Shown: piece by piece, positions 38,790 to 50,597 of the stretch
Position numbering within the stretch: position 1 is the first letter of the stretch
Layout of the letters: every line of letters starts with the position of its first letter
Origin: Alphaproteobacteria bacterium
GTDB taxonomy: Bacteria; Pseudomonadota; Alphaproteobacteria; SP197
Direction of reading: 5' to 3'
NCBI GenBank assembly: GCA_965228895.1
Contig: OZ245842.1
Span: 672,001-736,000 of the forward strand
DNA length: 64,000 nucleotides
Program-made: the position numbers and the translations under genes
The notes under the pieces: generated by a model
Database searches by the model: none
Told to the model about the DNA's origin: nothing
The model's input: the letters and a program-made list of their open reading frames with translations, nothing else

Positions 38790-40136
38790 TCAGACCATGC
38801 TTTTGACGTCCGCCGAGAAGGTCGGGAAGGCGTAGATCTGATCGCGCAGATCGGCGGCCGGAATGCCGTGGCGCATGGCGAGCGCGAAGAGGTGGATCAG
38901 CTCCTCGGCCTGATGACCGACCAGATGAGCGCCGACGATGCAGTCGCTCTCCGCATCGACCAGGGTCTTGGCGAAGGCGACCGTTTCGGCATAGGTGCGC
39001 CCGGAGAACCATTCGGTCATGTCCGACGTCACCACCTTGACATTGATGTCGCGTTCACGGGCTTGCTCTTCGGTCAGGCCGACGCTGCTCAGCGCCGGCA
39101 CCGTATAGACACTGCTCGGGATGGCATCGTAGTCGGGTTTCGTGGTCGGGCCGTTGACGATGTTGTTGCCGACGATCCGCCCTTCGTAGGTTGCGACGGG
39201 CGAAAGTTGGGCGGAGTGAACGAGCGCGTCGCCCGCCACCCACACCGCGGGATTGGAGATCGAGCGCAAGTAGTCGTCGACCTCGACGCGGATGCCGTCA
39301 TGGGCGATCCCAGCCACTTCCAGATCAAGCGCATCGACATTGGCGACCCGGCCCGCGCCGTTGACGACGCGCGTCGCTGTCTGCTGATGGGCTTTGCCGC
39401 CGTGTTCGTAGTCGACGCGGAGCTGGCCGCCGGCCTCGCTGATCTTCTGCACCGAGACGCCGGTCTTGACCGTGACGCCTAACCGTTCCGTCTCCGCCCG
39501 GATCGCGTCGACCGCATCGTGGTCGAGGCGCGGCAAGAGTCTTGGCAGCGCTTCCAGGATTGTGACTTTTGCGCCGGCACGCGCATAGACGTGACTGAAC
39601 TCCATGGCGATGACGCCGCCGCCGATAAAGATGACGGACTCAGGCATGGTTGTTTCCGACAACACCTCATCGGAGGTGATCATCAGTTCGGCGCCGGGGA
39701 TCGGCAGGGATCGGGGTTTCGAGCCTGTCGCGATGACGATGCTCTCGCCCTCGATCGTGCGGCCGTCGACATCGATTGTGTTGGGACCGGTGAAGCGGGC
39801 GTTGCCGGTGATGGCGGTGCCGCGCTGCTCCGCCAGCTTGCGCATGCTGCCCGGGATCGGCGCGATCAGGTCCTTTTCGCGGTCGATCATCGCCGCCCAA
39901 TCCAGACGTGGCTCACCGACGGTGATGCCGTGGGCCTTTGCCCGCTCGATTTCGTCGAGGCTATGGGCGGCGGCAACCAGCACCTTTTTGGGCGTACAAC
40001 CACGATTGGGACAGGTGCCGCCGAAGTCGCGGTCTTCGATCAAGGCAAGGCTCTTGCCGGCGCTGTGCACCATGCTCGATACACCGAACCCGGCATTGCC
40101 GGCGCCCAGGATGACAACATCAAACTTTTCGGTCAT
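38790..40136 (-). CDS. Class I pyridine nucleotide-disulfide oxidoreductase (glutathione reductase-like)
   Basis: GAGNAG, GGTCPNRGCTPKK, IATGS, GGG.IA.E and FPTF. Confidence 0.88.
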   Translation of the reverse strand: MTEKFDVVILGAGNAGFGVSSMVHSAGKSLALIEDRDFGGTCPNRGCTPKKVLVAAAHSLDEIERAKAHGITVGEPRLDWAAMIDREKDLIAPIPGSMRKLAEQRGTAITGNARFTGPNTIDVDGRTIEGESIVIATGSKPRSLPIPGAELMITSDEVLSETTMPESVIFIGGGVIAMEFSHVYARAGAKVTILEALPRLLPRLDHDAVDAIRAETERLGVTVKTGVSVQKISEAGGQLRVDYEHGGKAHQQTATRVVNGAGRVANVDALDLEVAGIAHDGIRVEVDDYLRSISNPAVWVAGDALVHSAQLSPVATYEGRIVGNNIVNGPTTKPDYDAIPSSVYTVPALSSVGLTEEQARERDINVKVVTSDMTEWFSGRTYAETVAFAKTLVDAESDCIVGAHLVGHQAEELIHLFALAMRHGIPAADLRDQIYAFPTFSADVKSMV

Positions 40137-40187
40137 GGCTTCTTGCTCCAAGGGTCGACTGGTCGGATGCGCGGAAGGATCCGCGGG

Positions 40188-40652
40188 TTACAGGCCGAGG
40201 TCGGAAAGCCCCGGGTGATCGTCGGGACGTCGTCCGTCGGGCCAGAAGTACTTTCTGTCCTCATCGGTGATCGGCAGGTCGTTGATGCTGGCAATTCGCC
40301 GACGCATCAGGCCGGACTCATCGAACTCCCAGTTCTCGTTGCCGTAGGAACGGAACCACTGTCCGCCGTCGTCATGCCACTCATAGGCAAATCGCACGGC
40401 GATACGGTTGCCGCCGGTCGTCCACAGTTCCTTGATCAGGCGATAATCGAGCTCGCGTGCCCATTTTCGTTTTAAGAAGGCGATGATCGCGTCGCGGCCT
40501 TGCAGGAACTCCGCGCGGTTGCGCCATCGGCTGTCGACCGTGTAGGCCTGGGCAACCCGTTCGGGGTCGCGGCTGTTCCAGGCGTCCTCGGCAAGCCGCG
40601 CTTTCTGGGCTGCGGATTCCGTGTCAAACGGCGGAAGTGGTGGGTGGGTCAT
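40188..40652 (-). CDS. DUF1348 / NTF2-like protein
   Basis: [26 protein letters not shown] and [10 protein letters not shown]. Confidence 0.92.
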   Translation of the reverse strand: MTHPPLPPFDTESAAQKARLAEDAWNSRDPERVAQAYTVDSRWRNRAEFLQGRDAIIAFLKRKWARELDYRLIKELWTTGGNRIAVRFAYEWHDDGGQWFRSYGNENWEFDESGLMRRRIASINDLPITDEDRKYFWPDGRRPDDHPGLSDLGL

Positions 40653-40655
40653 GAG

Positions 40656-41090
40656 CTAGTTCCCGGACGATGGTTGTTGATCCGCAAACCGAAAACCCGC
40701 TGATGCCGTCGTTAAGCCCGTCACGTGGCGGGCATCGGCTTGATTTGATTCGATTTCGAGACGGGCGATCATCGAGGGGTGGAACCGACAAAAATAGTCT
40801 TGGACCATGTCAGCTATGATGACTGTCTGCCACGTACCGCCGGTTTCGATTTCTCCAGAATCCCAACTTTCGTCATTCGATGTGACGGTGTGCGAGACGA
40901 TGTCATCATTGATCCAGACCACAACGTCGCCGACAGATAGGGTCGGGTTTTCGGGGGTAAACTCAAACCCCTGAATGTGAATAACAACGTGCTTACCCTC
41001 GGCAGGCCGTGCCACAGTCGCAGCAAGAAGTGAGATTATGGCGGCAAGCGCCGCCATAATCATCATCGTCGGAATCTGTCGCATTACCAT
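40656..41090 (-). CDS. Exported amicyanin/plastocyanin-like cupredoxin
   Basis: Signal peptide; type-1 Cu ligands H(TVT)...C-x2-H-x2-M. Confidence 0.85.
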   Translation of the reverse strand: MVMRQIPTMMIMAALAAIISLLAATVARPAEGKHVVIHIQGFEFTPENPTLSVGDVVVWINDDIVSHTVTSNDESWDSGEIETGGTWQTVIIADMVQDYFCRFHPSMIARLEIESNQADARHVTGLTTASAGFRFADQQPSSGN

Positions 41091-41095
41091 CGGTT

Positions 41096-41650
41096 TCAGT
41101 TCTGCAAGGTCTCGACCATGTTCGCGGCGTGCATTTCATGGGCCTTGAAGATGACGAGAGCCTCTTCGAACAACGACCTAACTTCTGCATTCTCGATGTT
41201 CGGGATAAACGTTGTCTCAACAAGGCCGTTGACTGCTGTGTGATAGCTAAGTTCGTTTTCAGCATAACGACGGTCGAAGGTTTCGCCACTTAACTGTCTC
41301 AATTCGTTGACCAACTGGTCGGCCTGCTGGTTGAGCTGCTGGCTCAGAAAGTTGTCTTCGGGCGAAACGTCGAGCTTTGCCAATAAGGCAAGCGCCTTTT
41401 CGTTAACCGCCTCGTGGTCTCGGATCATCGTTTGTGCAAACTCGCGAATCGCTGGATTGTCGGAAAGAGCCAGGGCAAGGTGTGCATAGCGGATGTCGAT
41501 GGAATCGGCCGTGTAGGCAACATGCGCGATCTCCAAGTCATTAAGATCGGCGGGTGACTCGGCCAAGGCTGGGCTAACCAGCGTCGAAAGGGCGGACGCC
41601 ACGGCCACAAAGGCCACGTATGCCGAAGCGAGTATTGTATTCCTCAACAT
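41096..41650 (-). CDS. DUF4142 (ferritin-like) exported protein
   Basis: LNDLEIAH, FA.TMIRDH and FD..Y..NE..YH; AAAGGAG RBS before ATG 41650. Confidence 0.85.
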   Translation of the reverse strand: MLRNTILASAYVAFVAVASALSTLVSPALAESPADLNDLEIAHVAYTADSIDIRYAHLALALSDNPAIREFAQTMIRDHEAVNEKALALLAKLDVSPEDNFLSQQLNQQADQLVNELRQLSGETFDRRYAENELSYHTAVNGLVETTFIPNIENAEVRSLFEEALVIFKAHEMHAANMVETLQN

Positions 41651-41780
41651 GTCATTTTCTCCTTTGGTTCGGGTTGGTGCGACATAGGCTGCAGACAGCG
41701 AAAGTCCGCTATGCCGCCTACTGATGACGTGTGCGATGAGAGCAAACATCAAACTACGTGATGGCCCCGACGTCGGCGGA

Positions 41781-44278
<2,498 letters not shown>

Positions 44279-44299
44279 ATGCTTTCCTTCCGACCCCGG

Positions 44300-44704
44300 T
44301 CAGGCCGCGATGAACTCGACGCGAATGCCGCCGGGAATGGCGCACATCATGTGCTTGGCTGGACCGTCGCCCAGGGGTTCCGGTGCGAACTCCACAGCGA
44401 CGTCGTCATTGGCCTTGAGAGCGCCGTGGAGATCGTCGAGCGCATCGGGGCTTTCGACGCCGAGCGCCAAGTGGTGCAGGCCAATGACGTTCTTGCGGTC
44501 AAACGGCACAGCGGTCTGCGGATCGGCGGCTTGCCAGAGCGTGATCATGGTCGCGCCGTCGGTGAGAAAGACGGCCGGGTACGCGGGAACATCACCGACC
44601 TGCTGATAACCCAGCGTGTCGACAAAAAAGGCCCGCGTCTTGGCGAGGTCGGGGACGGTCAAACCGACATGATGGGCGCCCCGGGTACGTGCGGTATCTG
44701 ACAT
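44300..44704 (-). CDS. VOC/glyoxalase family protein
   Basis: HHVGLTV, GLHHLAL and PGGIRVE. Confidence 0.9.
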   Translation of the reverse strand: MSDTARTRGAHHVGLTVPDLAKTRAFFVDTLGYQQVGDVPAYPAVFLTDGATMITLWQAADPQTAVPFDRKNVIGLHHLALGVESPDALDDLHGALKANDDVAVEFAPEPLGDGPAKHMMCAIPGGIRVEFIAA

Positions 44705-44824
44705 GATCTTTTCCCCTTGCTGAGTGGTGTCCGGCGTCCGTGCGGTGCTGAGACCGTTGGGGCGCCATGGAAGGCAGATTTATATTTTTGGTGATCAGAG
44801 AGAATGGATATAAAGTTAAAAAGA

Positions 44825-44845
44825 TTATTGCGAATAATGGAATAA
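44825..44845. promoter_or_regulatory. LysR box directly before the lysR start
   Basis: Imperfect dyad TTATTGCGAATAATGGAATAA in an AT-rich divergent region. Confidence 0.6.
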
Positions 44846-44848
44846 TAA

Positions 44849-45748
44849 GTGGATCGCTTGCAGACCATGGCCGTGTTTGTTGCGGTCGCCGAAGAAACTG
44901 GCTTTTCGCCCGCGGCGCGGCGGCTGAATTTGTCGGCTGCCTCGGTGACGCGTGCGATTTCGGCGCTGGAAGATCGGTTGGGTGCGCGCCTGTTCCACCG
45001 TACGACCCGCACGGTCAGGCTGAGCGACGCGGGCGAGCGCTATCTCGACGATTGCCGGCGCATTCTGGCGGAGGTCGACGAGGCCGACCGGCACGCCGCC
45101 GGTACCTATGCCGCGCCGCGCGGCGCTGTCTCGGTGACGGCCTCGGCCTTGTTTGGTCGCATGATCATGGCGCCTGCGCTCCTGAATCTGCTCGACCGTT
45201 ATCCTGAGATCGCCGTCCGCTCGGTCTATGTCGATCGTGTCGTCCATTTGATCGAGGAAGGCATCGACGTTGCGGTGCGTATCGCCGAGTTACCGGATTC
45301 ATCGCTCAGCGCCGTGCGCGTCGGCCAGGTCAGGCGCGTTTTGTGCGCATCGCCCGACTATCTCGCGCGCCGCGGTCATCCGTCCGAGCCATCCGACTTA
45401 AGGGATCACGATCTCGTCGACTTCGCCCACATGACGCCTGGCGGCGAATGGGTGTTTCATAAGGATGGGAAGCGCCACGCCGTCAGGCCGCAGGCGAGAC
45501 TCAAGGTCAACAATGCCGACCCCGCCATTGCCGCCGCCATCGCCGGTCGGGGCATCACCCGCGTGCTTTCCTACATGATCGCGCCTTATCTGGCTTCCGG
45601 GCGGTTGGAGCTGGTGCTTGATGCGTTCGCGCCGCCGGCGGTGCCGATCCATGTCGTGCACAAAGAGGCCGGCCAAACTTCGGCGCGGGTACGCGCCGTG
45701 GTCGATCATCTGGTTGAGCACCTAAGAAACAATCCCTCGATCCGATAA
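44849..45748 (+). CDS. LysR-family regulator
   Basis: MDRLQTM.VF, LF.RTTR and EEGIDVAVRI. Confidence 0.94.
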   Translation: MDRLQTMAVFVAVAEETGFSPAARRLNLSAASVTRAISALEDRLGARLFHRTTRTVRLSDAGERYLDDCRRILAEVDEADRHAAGTYAAPRGAVSVTASALFGRMIMAPALLNLLDRYPEIAVRSVYVDRVVHLIEEGIDVAVRIAELPDSSLSAVRVGQVRRVLCASPDYLARRGHPSEPSDLRDHDLVDFAHMTPGGEWVFHKDGKRHAVRPQARLKVNNADPAIAAAIAGRGITRVLSYMIAPYLASGRLELVLDAFAPPAVPIHVVHKEAGQTSARVRAVVDHLVEHLRNNPSIR

Positions 45749-45839
45749 CGATCGTCCGAGCGGCGGACGTCCATTGTCGCCATCCTATCCGTGGCCGTAC
45801 ACTGGCCGATCACTTGGCGAATGACCGGAATGTTTCGCG

Positions 45840-46718
45840 ATGACCGGATTGACGATCGACCCCCTAGACGAGGCCTTCGGTGCGCGTGTCGGAGGTGTTG
45901 CGATCTCGGGCGACCTCGGTGAGGACACGGTCACGGCCATCCACGACGCCATCGATCGCTATTCGTTACTGTGCTTTCCAGACCAGGACATGACCGACGA
46001 CAAACAACTGGCGTTCACCCGGCTATTGGGCGAACCGGAACCCGAGCATGTGACGTTCGGCAAAACCGGCGAAGTCACCTTTTTCGGCACCGTCGGCAAT
46101 GTCGAGGATGACGGCACCAAACGCGGCAACGCCGATGTCGGCACGCACTATCAGACCGGCAATCAGCTATGGCATTCGGTTTCGTCGTTTCGCGAAAGTC
46201 CGTCTTTCGTCTCGGTCGTTCATGCCTATGAGGTGCCGGGTGAGGGTGGTGCGACCGCCTTCGCCAGCATGCGTTCGGCTTACGCGCAGTTGCCGGACGC
46301 GCTACGCGAGACGATCGACCCGCTCTATGTCGTCCACGATTACGTCTTTTCGAGAAGTCCAATTGCACCGGTCGATCCGAACCACGCGGCGTCGCTGCCG
46401 CCGGTCATGCATCGCCTCGTCCGCGAGAACCCGGCGAACGGGCTCAAAAACTACTATGTCGGATCGCATGCCCGGTCGATTCCCGGCTGGTCAGGCATCG
46501 AAAGCCGCCGCTTGCTCGATGACCTGCTCGACCGCGCCACGATGCCGCATCATGTCGTGACCCATCAGTGGCGCGCCGGCGACCTCGTCATCTGGGACAA
46601 CCGCTGCCTGCTGCACCGGGGTACCGGCTACGATGCCGACCGCTGGCGCCGACGCATGCACCAGACCCGTGTCGTCGGCAGCGAACGCGGCGTCGTGCTG
46701 GGCGCCGCCGCGGCCTAG
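45840..46718 (+). CDS. TauD/TfdA-family Fe(II)/2-oxoglutarate dioxygenase with HxV in place of HxD
   Basis: NQLWHSVSSF, GG.T.F and W..GD...WDNR..LHR. Confidence 0.88.
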   Translation: MTGLTIDPLDEAFGARVGGVAISGDLGEDTVTAIHDAIDRYSLLCFPDQDMTDDKQLAFTRLLGEPEPEHVTFGKTGEVTFFGTVGNVEDDGTKRGNADVGTHYQTGNQLWHSVSSFRESPSFVSVVHAYEVPGEGGATAFASMRSAYAQLPDALRETIDPLYVVHDYVFSRSPIAPVDPNHAASLPPVMHRLVRENPANGLKNYYVGSHARSIPGWSGIESRRLLDDLLDRATMPHHVVTHQWRAGDLVIWDNRCLLHRGTGYDADRWRRRMHQTRVVGSERGVVLGAAAA

Positions 46719-46723
46719 CCTCA

Positions 46724-46783
46724 GATCGGATCGCAGATTGATGGAACCACGCCATGGTTCCATCAATCTGCGTGAATCCGATC
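46724..46783 (-). repeat. Palindromic interspersed repeat, copy A (inverted)
   Basis: 18-bp perfect stem 46732-46749/46755-46772; its reverse complement aligns without gaps to copies B and C. Confidence 0.8.
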
Positions 46784-46796
46784 CAATTAAATGACA

Positions 46797-46860
46797 TAGA
46801 GCAGATTCACCCATTTCGATTTCATCGCGAAGCGATCCAATCAAAGTGGGATCTGCTCTA
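46797..46860 (+). repeat. 64-bp palindromic interspersed repeat, copy B
   Basis: TAGAGCAGATTCACCC...GGGATCTGCTCTA; the terminal CTA is the BVMO stop codon. Confidence 0.85.
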
Positions 46861-48474
46861 GCGGCCGATCTCAAGCCCCTCGTAGTCGTTGGCACGAACG
46901 TCCTCGCAAATCTTGCGATAAGCGCCGACACCGCCGACATAGGGCAGGAAGACTCGTGGTTTGCCCGGAATATTGGCGCCCATATACCAGGAGTTCGCTT
47001 CCGGATAGAGCGTGTCGGCCGCGGTCTCGTTGACGTGGTCGACCCAGCGGTCTTCGGCGGCGACCGAGGGTTCGATACGCGCCATCTGACGGTCGCGAAC
47101 GCTCGCCATGCAGTCGCTGACCCATTCAACGTGCTGTTCGATCGACGTCATCATGTTGGATAGCACTGACGGACTACCCGGACCGGTGATGGTGAAGAAA
47201 TTGGGGAAGCCGGCGACCATCAAACCAAGATAGGTGCGCGGACCCGCCTTCCATTTCTCGCGCAGAGAAAGCCCGTCGCGACCTTTGATGTCGACATTGG
47301 TGAGCGCGCCGGTCATCGCGTCGAAACCGGTGGCGTAGACGATGGCGTCGAAAGCGTAGTCAGCGCCCGTCGTGCGTACGCCGGTCTCCGTGATTGCCTC
47401 GATCGGCGTGGCATGCAGATCGACCAGGGTCACGTTGTCGCGGTTATAGGTTTCATAATAGTCGGTATCGACGCACAGACGTTTGGTGCCGAACGGATGG
47501 GATTTCGGGCACAGAAGTTCGGCGACCTCGGGATCGTTAACACGGGAACGGATGTTGTTGCGCACGTACTCGGCGACCACCTCGTTGGCGCGGGGATTGG
47601 TCATGAGATCCCCGTAGGTTTCCATGACATTGAATCCGCCCTGATACCAGCGCCGTTCGATCTCCTTCTGCACGTCCTCTTCTGGCTGATCGACGAGCGG
47701 TTCCTCGTTCTCGTCGACGTAGAAACCGCCATCGGACCAGCGGGTGATCTCACGGATCTCCGCGTAGCGCGCCTTGTGCTCACGTTCGACATCGGGGTCG
47801 AGGGGGCCGTTCCAGGCGGGGATCGAAAAATTCGGCGTGCGCTGAAAGACCGTCAGGTGGCGTGCCTGTTGGGCGATGATGGGGATCGACTGGATCGCCG
47901 ATGACCCCGTTCCGATGACGCCGACGTCGAGTCCTGTGAAATCGACGCCTTCATGCGGCCACAGGCCCGTGTGATAGGTGGCCCCGCCAAAGCTGTCGCG
48001 GCCTGGAATGTCAGGAAGGCGCGAGGCGGAGAGGCAGCCTGTCGCCATGATGAACCACGTGGCGTCATAGGTCGCGCCCGTATCTGTTTCGATACTCCAG
48101 CGACCGCTTTCCTCGTTCCAGGATGCTGCCGTCGCCTTCGTGTTGAAGACGATGTCGCGGCGCAGGTCGAAACGCTCGGCGACATGGTCGGCGTAGCGCA
48201 GGATCTCCGGCTGCTCCGAATAGCGCTGTGGCCAGGACCACTCCTGCTGCAAGTCTTCGTCGAACGAGTAGGAGTAATCGAGACTCTCGATGTCGCAACG
48301 CGCGCCGGGATAACGGTTCCAGTACCAGGTGCCGCCGACATCCGATGCCGCCTCGACCACACGGACCGAGAAGCCCTGGTTGCGCAGGCGATGCAGCAAG
48401 TAGAGACCGGAAAACCCGGCGCCGACCACAAGGACATCCAGCTGTTCCGCATCGCGCCTGTTCTGTTTGCTCAT
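46858..48474 (-). CDS. Baeyer-Villiger monooxygenase (PAMO/CHMO-like)
   Basis: GAGFSG, GGTWYWNRYPGARCD, FGGATYHTGLWP fingerprint, GTGSS and ATGFDA. Confidence 0.93.
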   Translation of the reverse strand: MSKQNRRDAEQLDVLVVGAGFSGLYLLHRLRNQGFSVRVVEAASDVGGTWYWNRYPGARCDIESLDYSYSFDEDLQQEWSWPQRYSEQPEILRYADHVAERFDLRRDIVFNTKATAASWNEESGRWSIETDTGATYDATWFIMATGCLSASRLPDIPGRDSFGGATYHTGLWPHEGVDFTGLDVGVIGTGSSAIQSIPIIAQQARHLTVFQRTPNFSIPAWNGPLDPDVEREHKARYAEIREITRWSDGGFYVDENEEPLVDQPEEDVQKEIERRWYQGGFNVMETYGDLMTNPRANEVVAEYVRNNIRSRVNDPEVAELLCPKSHPFGTKRLCVDTDYYETYNRDNVTLVDLHATPIEAITETGVRTTGADYAFDAIVYATGFDAMTGALTNVDIKGRDGLSLREKWKAGPRTYLGLMVAGFPNFFTITGPGSPSVLSNMMTSIEQHVEWVSDCMASVRDRQMARIEPSVAAEDRWVDHVNETAADTLYPEANSWYMGANIPGKPRVFLPYVGGVGAYRKICEDVRANDYEGLEIGR

Positions 48475-48477
48475 GTC

Positions 48478-49284
48478 CTAGCGACCCTTCCAATTGGGTT
48501 TGCGCTTCTCGGCGAAGGCGAGCGGGCCTTCGATGGCGTCTTCGGAGTCGGTCATGGCCTCGAACACCGGCACGCCGCTGTTGCCGCGCTTGGTCGCGCG
48601 CATCGCCTTGTCGATGGGCAGGTTCATGATGGCCGGCATGATGGCCTTCATCGCCTGCAGCGCCAGGGGCGCGCCTTGGCTCAACTGATCGGCAATCTCG
48701 CGGGTGCGGTCCATCAGTTCATCGGCGGGCAAGACTTCCTTGACCAGCCCCCAGTGTTTGGCCTCCTCGGCCGACATGTGACGGCCAGTAAAGAACAGGT
48801 CCATGGCGACGTTGTAGGGAATACGCCGCGGCAGGCGCTGGATGGCGCCGGCGCTGGCCAGAAAACCGCGCTCCATTTCCGGCAGCCAGAACTCCGCGTG
48901 TGAGGCAGCCATGATGATATCGCCGCATAAGGCGAGCTCGAAGCCACCACCGATCGCAAAGCCGTTGACGGCGGCGATGACCGGTTTGTGCAGGTCCCAG
49001 AACTCGGTCAGACCGGCAAAGCCACCGGGCGACTCGTCGCCTTCCACATCTTCCCGCGATTCCGCCGCTGCGACCGCCTTCAGGTCCCAGCCGGCGGAGA
49101 ACGCGCGGTCGCCGGTGCCGGTGATGATGCCGATCAGAAGGCCGTCATCGTCCTGCAAGGTGCGGAAGGCCCGGTAGAGCTCCATCGACGTCGCGGCGTC
49201 GATCGCGTTGACGGGAGGTCGATTAAGCGTGACCTCCAGGACCTTTCCCCGGCGCGTCGTCGTGACGCTTTCGGATTGAGACAT
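48478..49284 (-). CDS. Crotonase-family hydratase, carnitinyl-CoA dehydratase (CaiD)-like
   Basis: FSAGWDLK, PGGFAGLTE, GGGFELAL and SEDAIEGPLAFAEKR.P.WKGR. Confidence 0.88.
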   Translation of the reverse strand: MSQSESVTTTRRGKVLEVTLNRPPVNAIDAATSMELYRAFRTLQDDDGLLIGIITGTGDRAFSAGWDLKAVAAAESREDVEGDESPGGFAGLTEFWDLHKPVIAAVNGFAIGGGFELALCGDIIMAASHAEFWLPEMERGFLASAGAIQRLPRRIPYNVAMDLFFTGRHMSAEEAKHWGLVKEVLPADELMDRTREIADQLSQGAPLALQAMKAIMPAIMNLPIDKAMRATKRGNSGVPVFEAMTDSEDAIEGPLAFAEKRKPNWKGR

Positions 49285-49312
49285 CGTTCACCTCCCACCG
49301 GGCGACGCTGCT

Positions 49313-49330
49313 GTTGGTTGAGTAACCAAC
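49313..49330. promoter_or_regulatory. Dyad GTTGGTTGAGTAACCAAC, candidate operator
   Basis: 7-bp arms just upstream of the caiD-like gene. Confidence 0.4.
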
Positions 49331-49443
49331 GCGGTGCATCCCGTCACCCGTTAGGCAAGCACCGGCTGAAAGCGGCGTCAGGCTATTGAGTCCTCATGCC
49401 CGTTGACAACCCCATAACAACTCCGGGCTCGAGAGGTCGAGGA

Positions 49444-50586
49444 TCAGGCAGCCGTGCGCAGCGTTTGAGCGAGCGCGTTCAGGTGATGGCGCATGTCGCC
49501 GAAAGAGGCGTTCATCATCATCAGCCGCTTCAGGTGGTGGCCGATGGGAAAGTCCATGGTCATGCCGATACCGCCATGGAGTTGGACACCTTCTTCGCCG
49601 ACGTTCCTCGCCGCCCGTCCGATCAGGAATTTGGCGGAGCTGGCAGCGCGTCTGCGGGTCGCCGTGTCCTTGTCCAGGTTCAAGGTCACGTCATAGACTG
49701 TCGATTGCGCGAGTTCGCACTCGGCATAGACGTCGACCATGCGGTGCTGCAGCGCCTGGAACGAGCCGAGCGTCTGTCCGAACTGCTCGCGTGTCTTCAG
49801 ATAGTCGAGGGTCGTGTGGTAGATCTCCCACATCGAGCCCACGGCATCGGCACAGGCAAATGCGATGGCGTGGTCGATAACCCGTTCCAGAACCGGAAAG
49901 GCTTTGCCGGCTTCACCCAGCAATGCGCCGGCACCAACCGTTACGTCATCAAGCAGAATGTTCGCCGCGCGGCTGCCGTCCTGCGTGCCGTAGCCGGTCA
50001 CGGTTAGGCCGGAAGCATCCGTGGGCACCAGGAACAGGCTGAGGCCGTCGCGGTCGTATTGTCCGCCGCCGGTGCGCGCGACAACCACGATGATGTCGGC
50101 GTCCCTGGCATAGAAGACGACGTCCTTCTGGCCTGTCAGTACATACCCGTCGCCATCCGGTTTTGCGGATGTCGTGACATCGTTCAGATTAAAGCGAGCC
50201 TGCCGTTCGCCATAGGCCAGCGCCAGCTTCAGTGTGCCCTCTGCGACCTTGGGCAGGAGGTCAAGGCGCTGTTCCTCGTTGCCGCCGAACAGAATGGCGT
50301 GACCACCCAGGACCACTGTCGCCAGATAGGGCGAGGTGACGAGACGCCGGCCGAACTGTTCGGCGATCAGCATAAGCTCGATCGGACCGCCGTCCAGACC
50401 GCCATAGGTCTCGGGAAATGGCGCGGCCATGCAGCCGAGCTCGGCGAACTGCTGCCAGTGTTCGTCGAGATATCCTTGTGGTGTCGCCACCGCCGCTTGG
50501 CGTTTGTCGAAGGGATAGAGGTCCGTGACGACCCGTCCGATGGTCTCGCGAAAGATGCGCTGGTCTTCGGTGAGAGAAAAATCCAT
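49444..50586 (-). CDS. Acyl-CoA dehydrogenase (PimD-like subunit)
   Basis: MDFSLTEDQ, R.QFG...GSFQALQHR and QLHGGIGMT. Confidence 0.9.
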   Translation of the reverse strand: MDFSLTEDQRIFRETIGRVVTDLYPFDKRQAAVATPQGYLDEHWQQFAELGCMAAPFPETYGGLDGGPIELMLIAEQFGRRLVTSPYLATVVLGGHAILFGGNEEQRLDLLPKVAEGTLKLALAYGERQARFNLNDVTTSAKPDGDGYVLTGQKDVVFYARDADIIVVVARTGGGQYDRDGLSLFLVPTDASGLTVTGYGTQDGSRAANILLDDVTVGAGALLGEAGKAFPVLERVIDHAIAFACADAVGSMWEIYHTTLDYLKTREQFGQTLGSFQALQHRMVDVYAECELAQSTVYDVTLNLDKDTATRRRAASSAKFLIGRAARNVGEEGVQLHGGIGMTMDFPIGHHLKRLMMMNASFGDMRHHLNALAQTLRTAA

Positions 50587-50597
50587 GGGTCAGGTCC

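Noticed and set aside
38790-40136. Mercuric reductase MerA
   Set aside because: No C-terminal Cys-Cys pair, no NmerA domain and no mer genes
46724-46860. CRISPR array or simple rho-independent terminator
   Set aside because: No repeat-spacer periodicity or cas genes, and no U-tract; it matches a dispersed repeat, although it may still terminate the convergent genes
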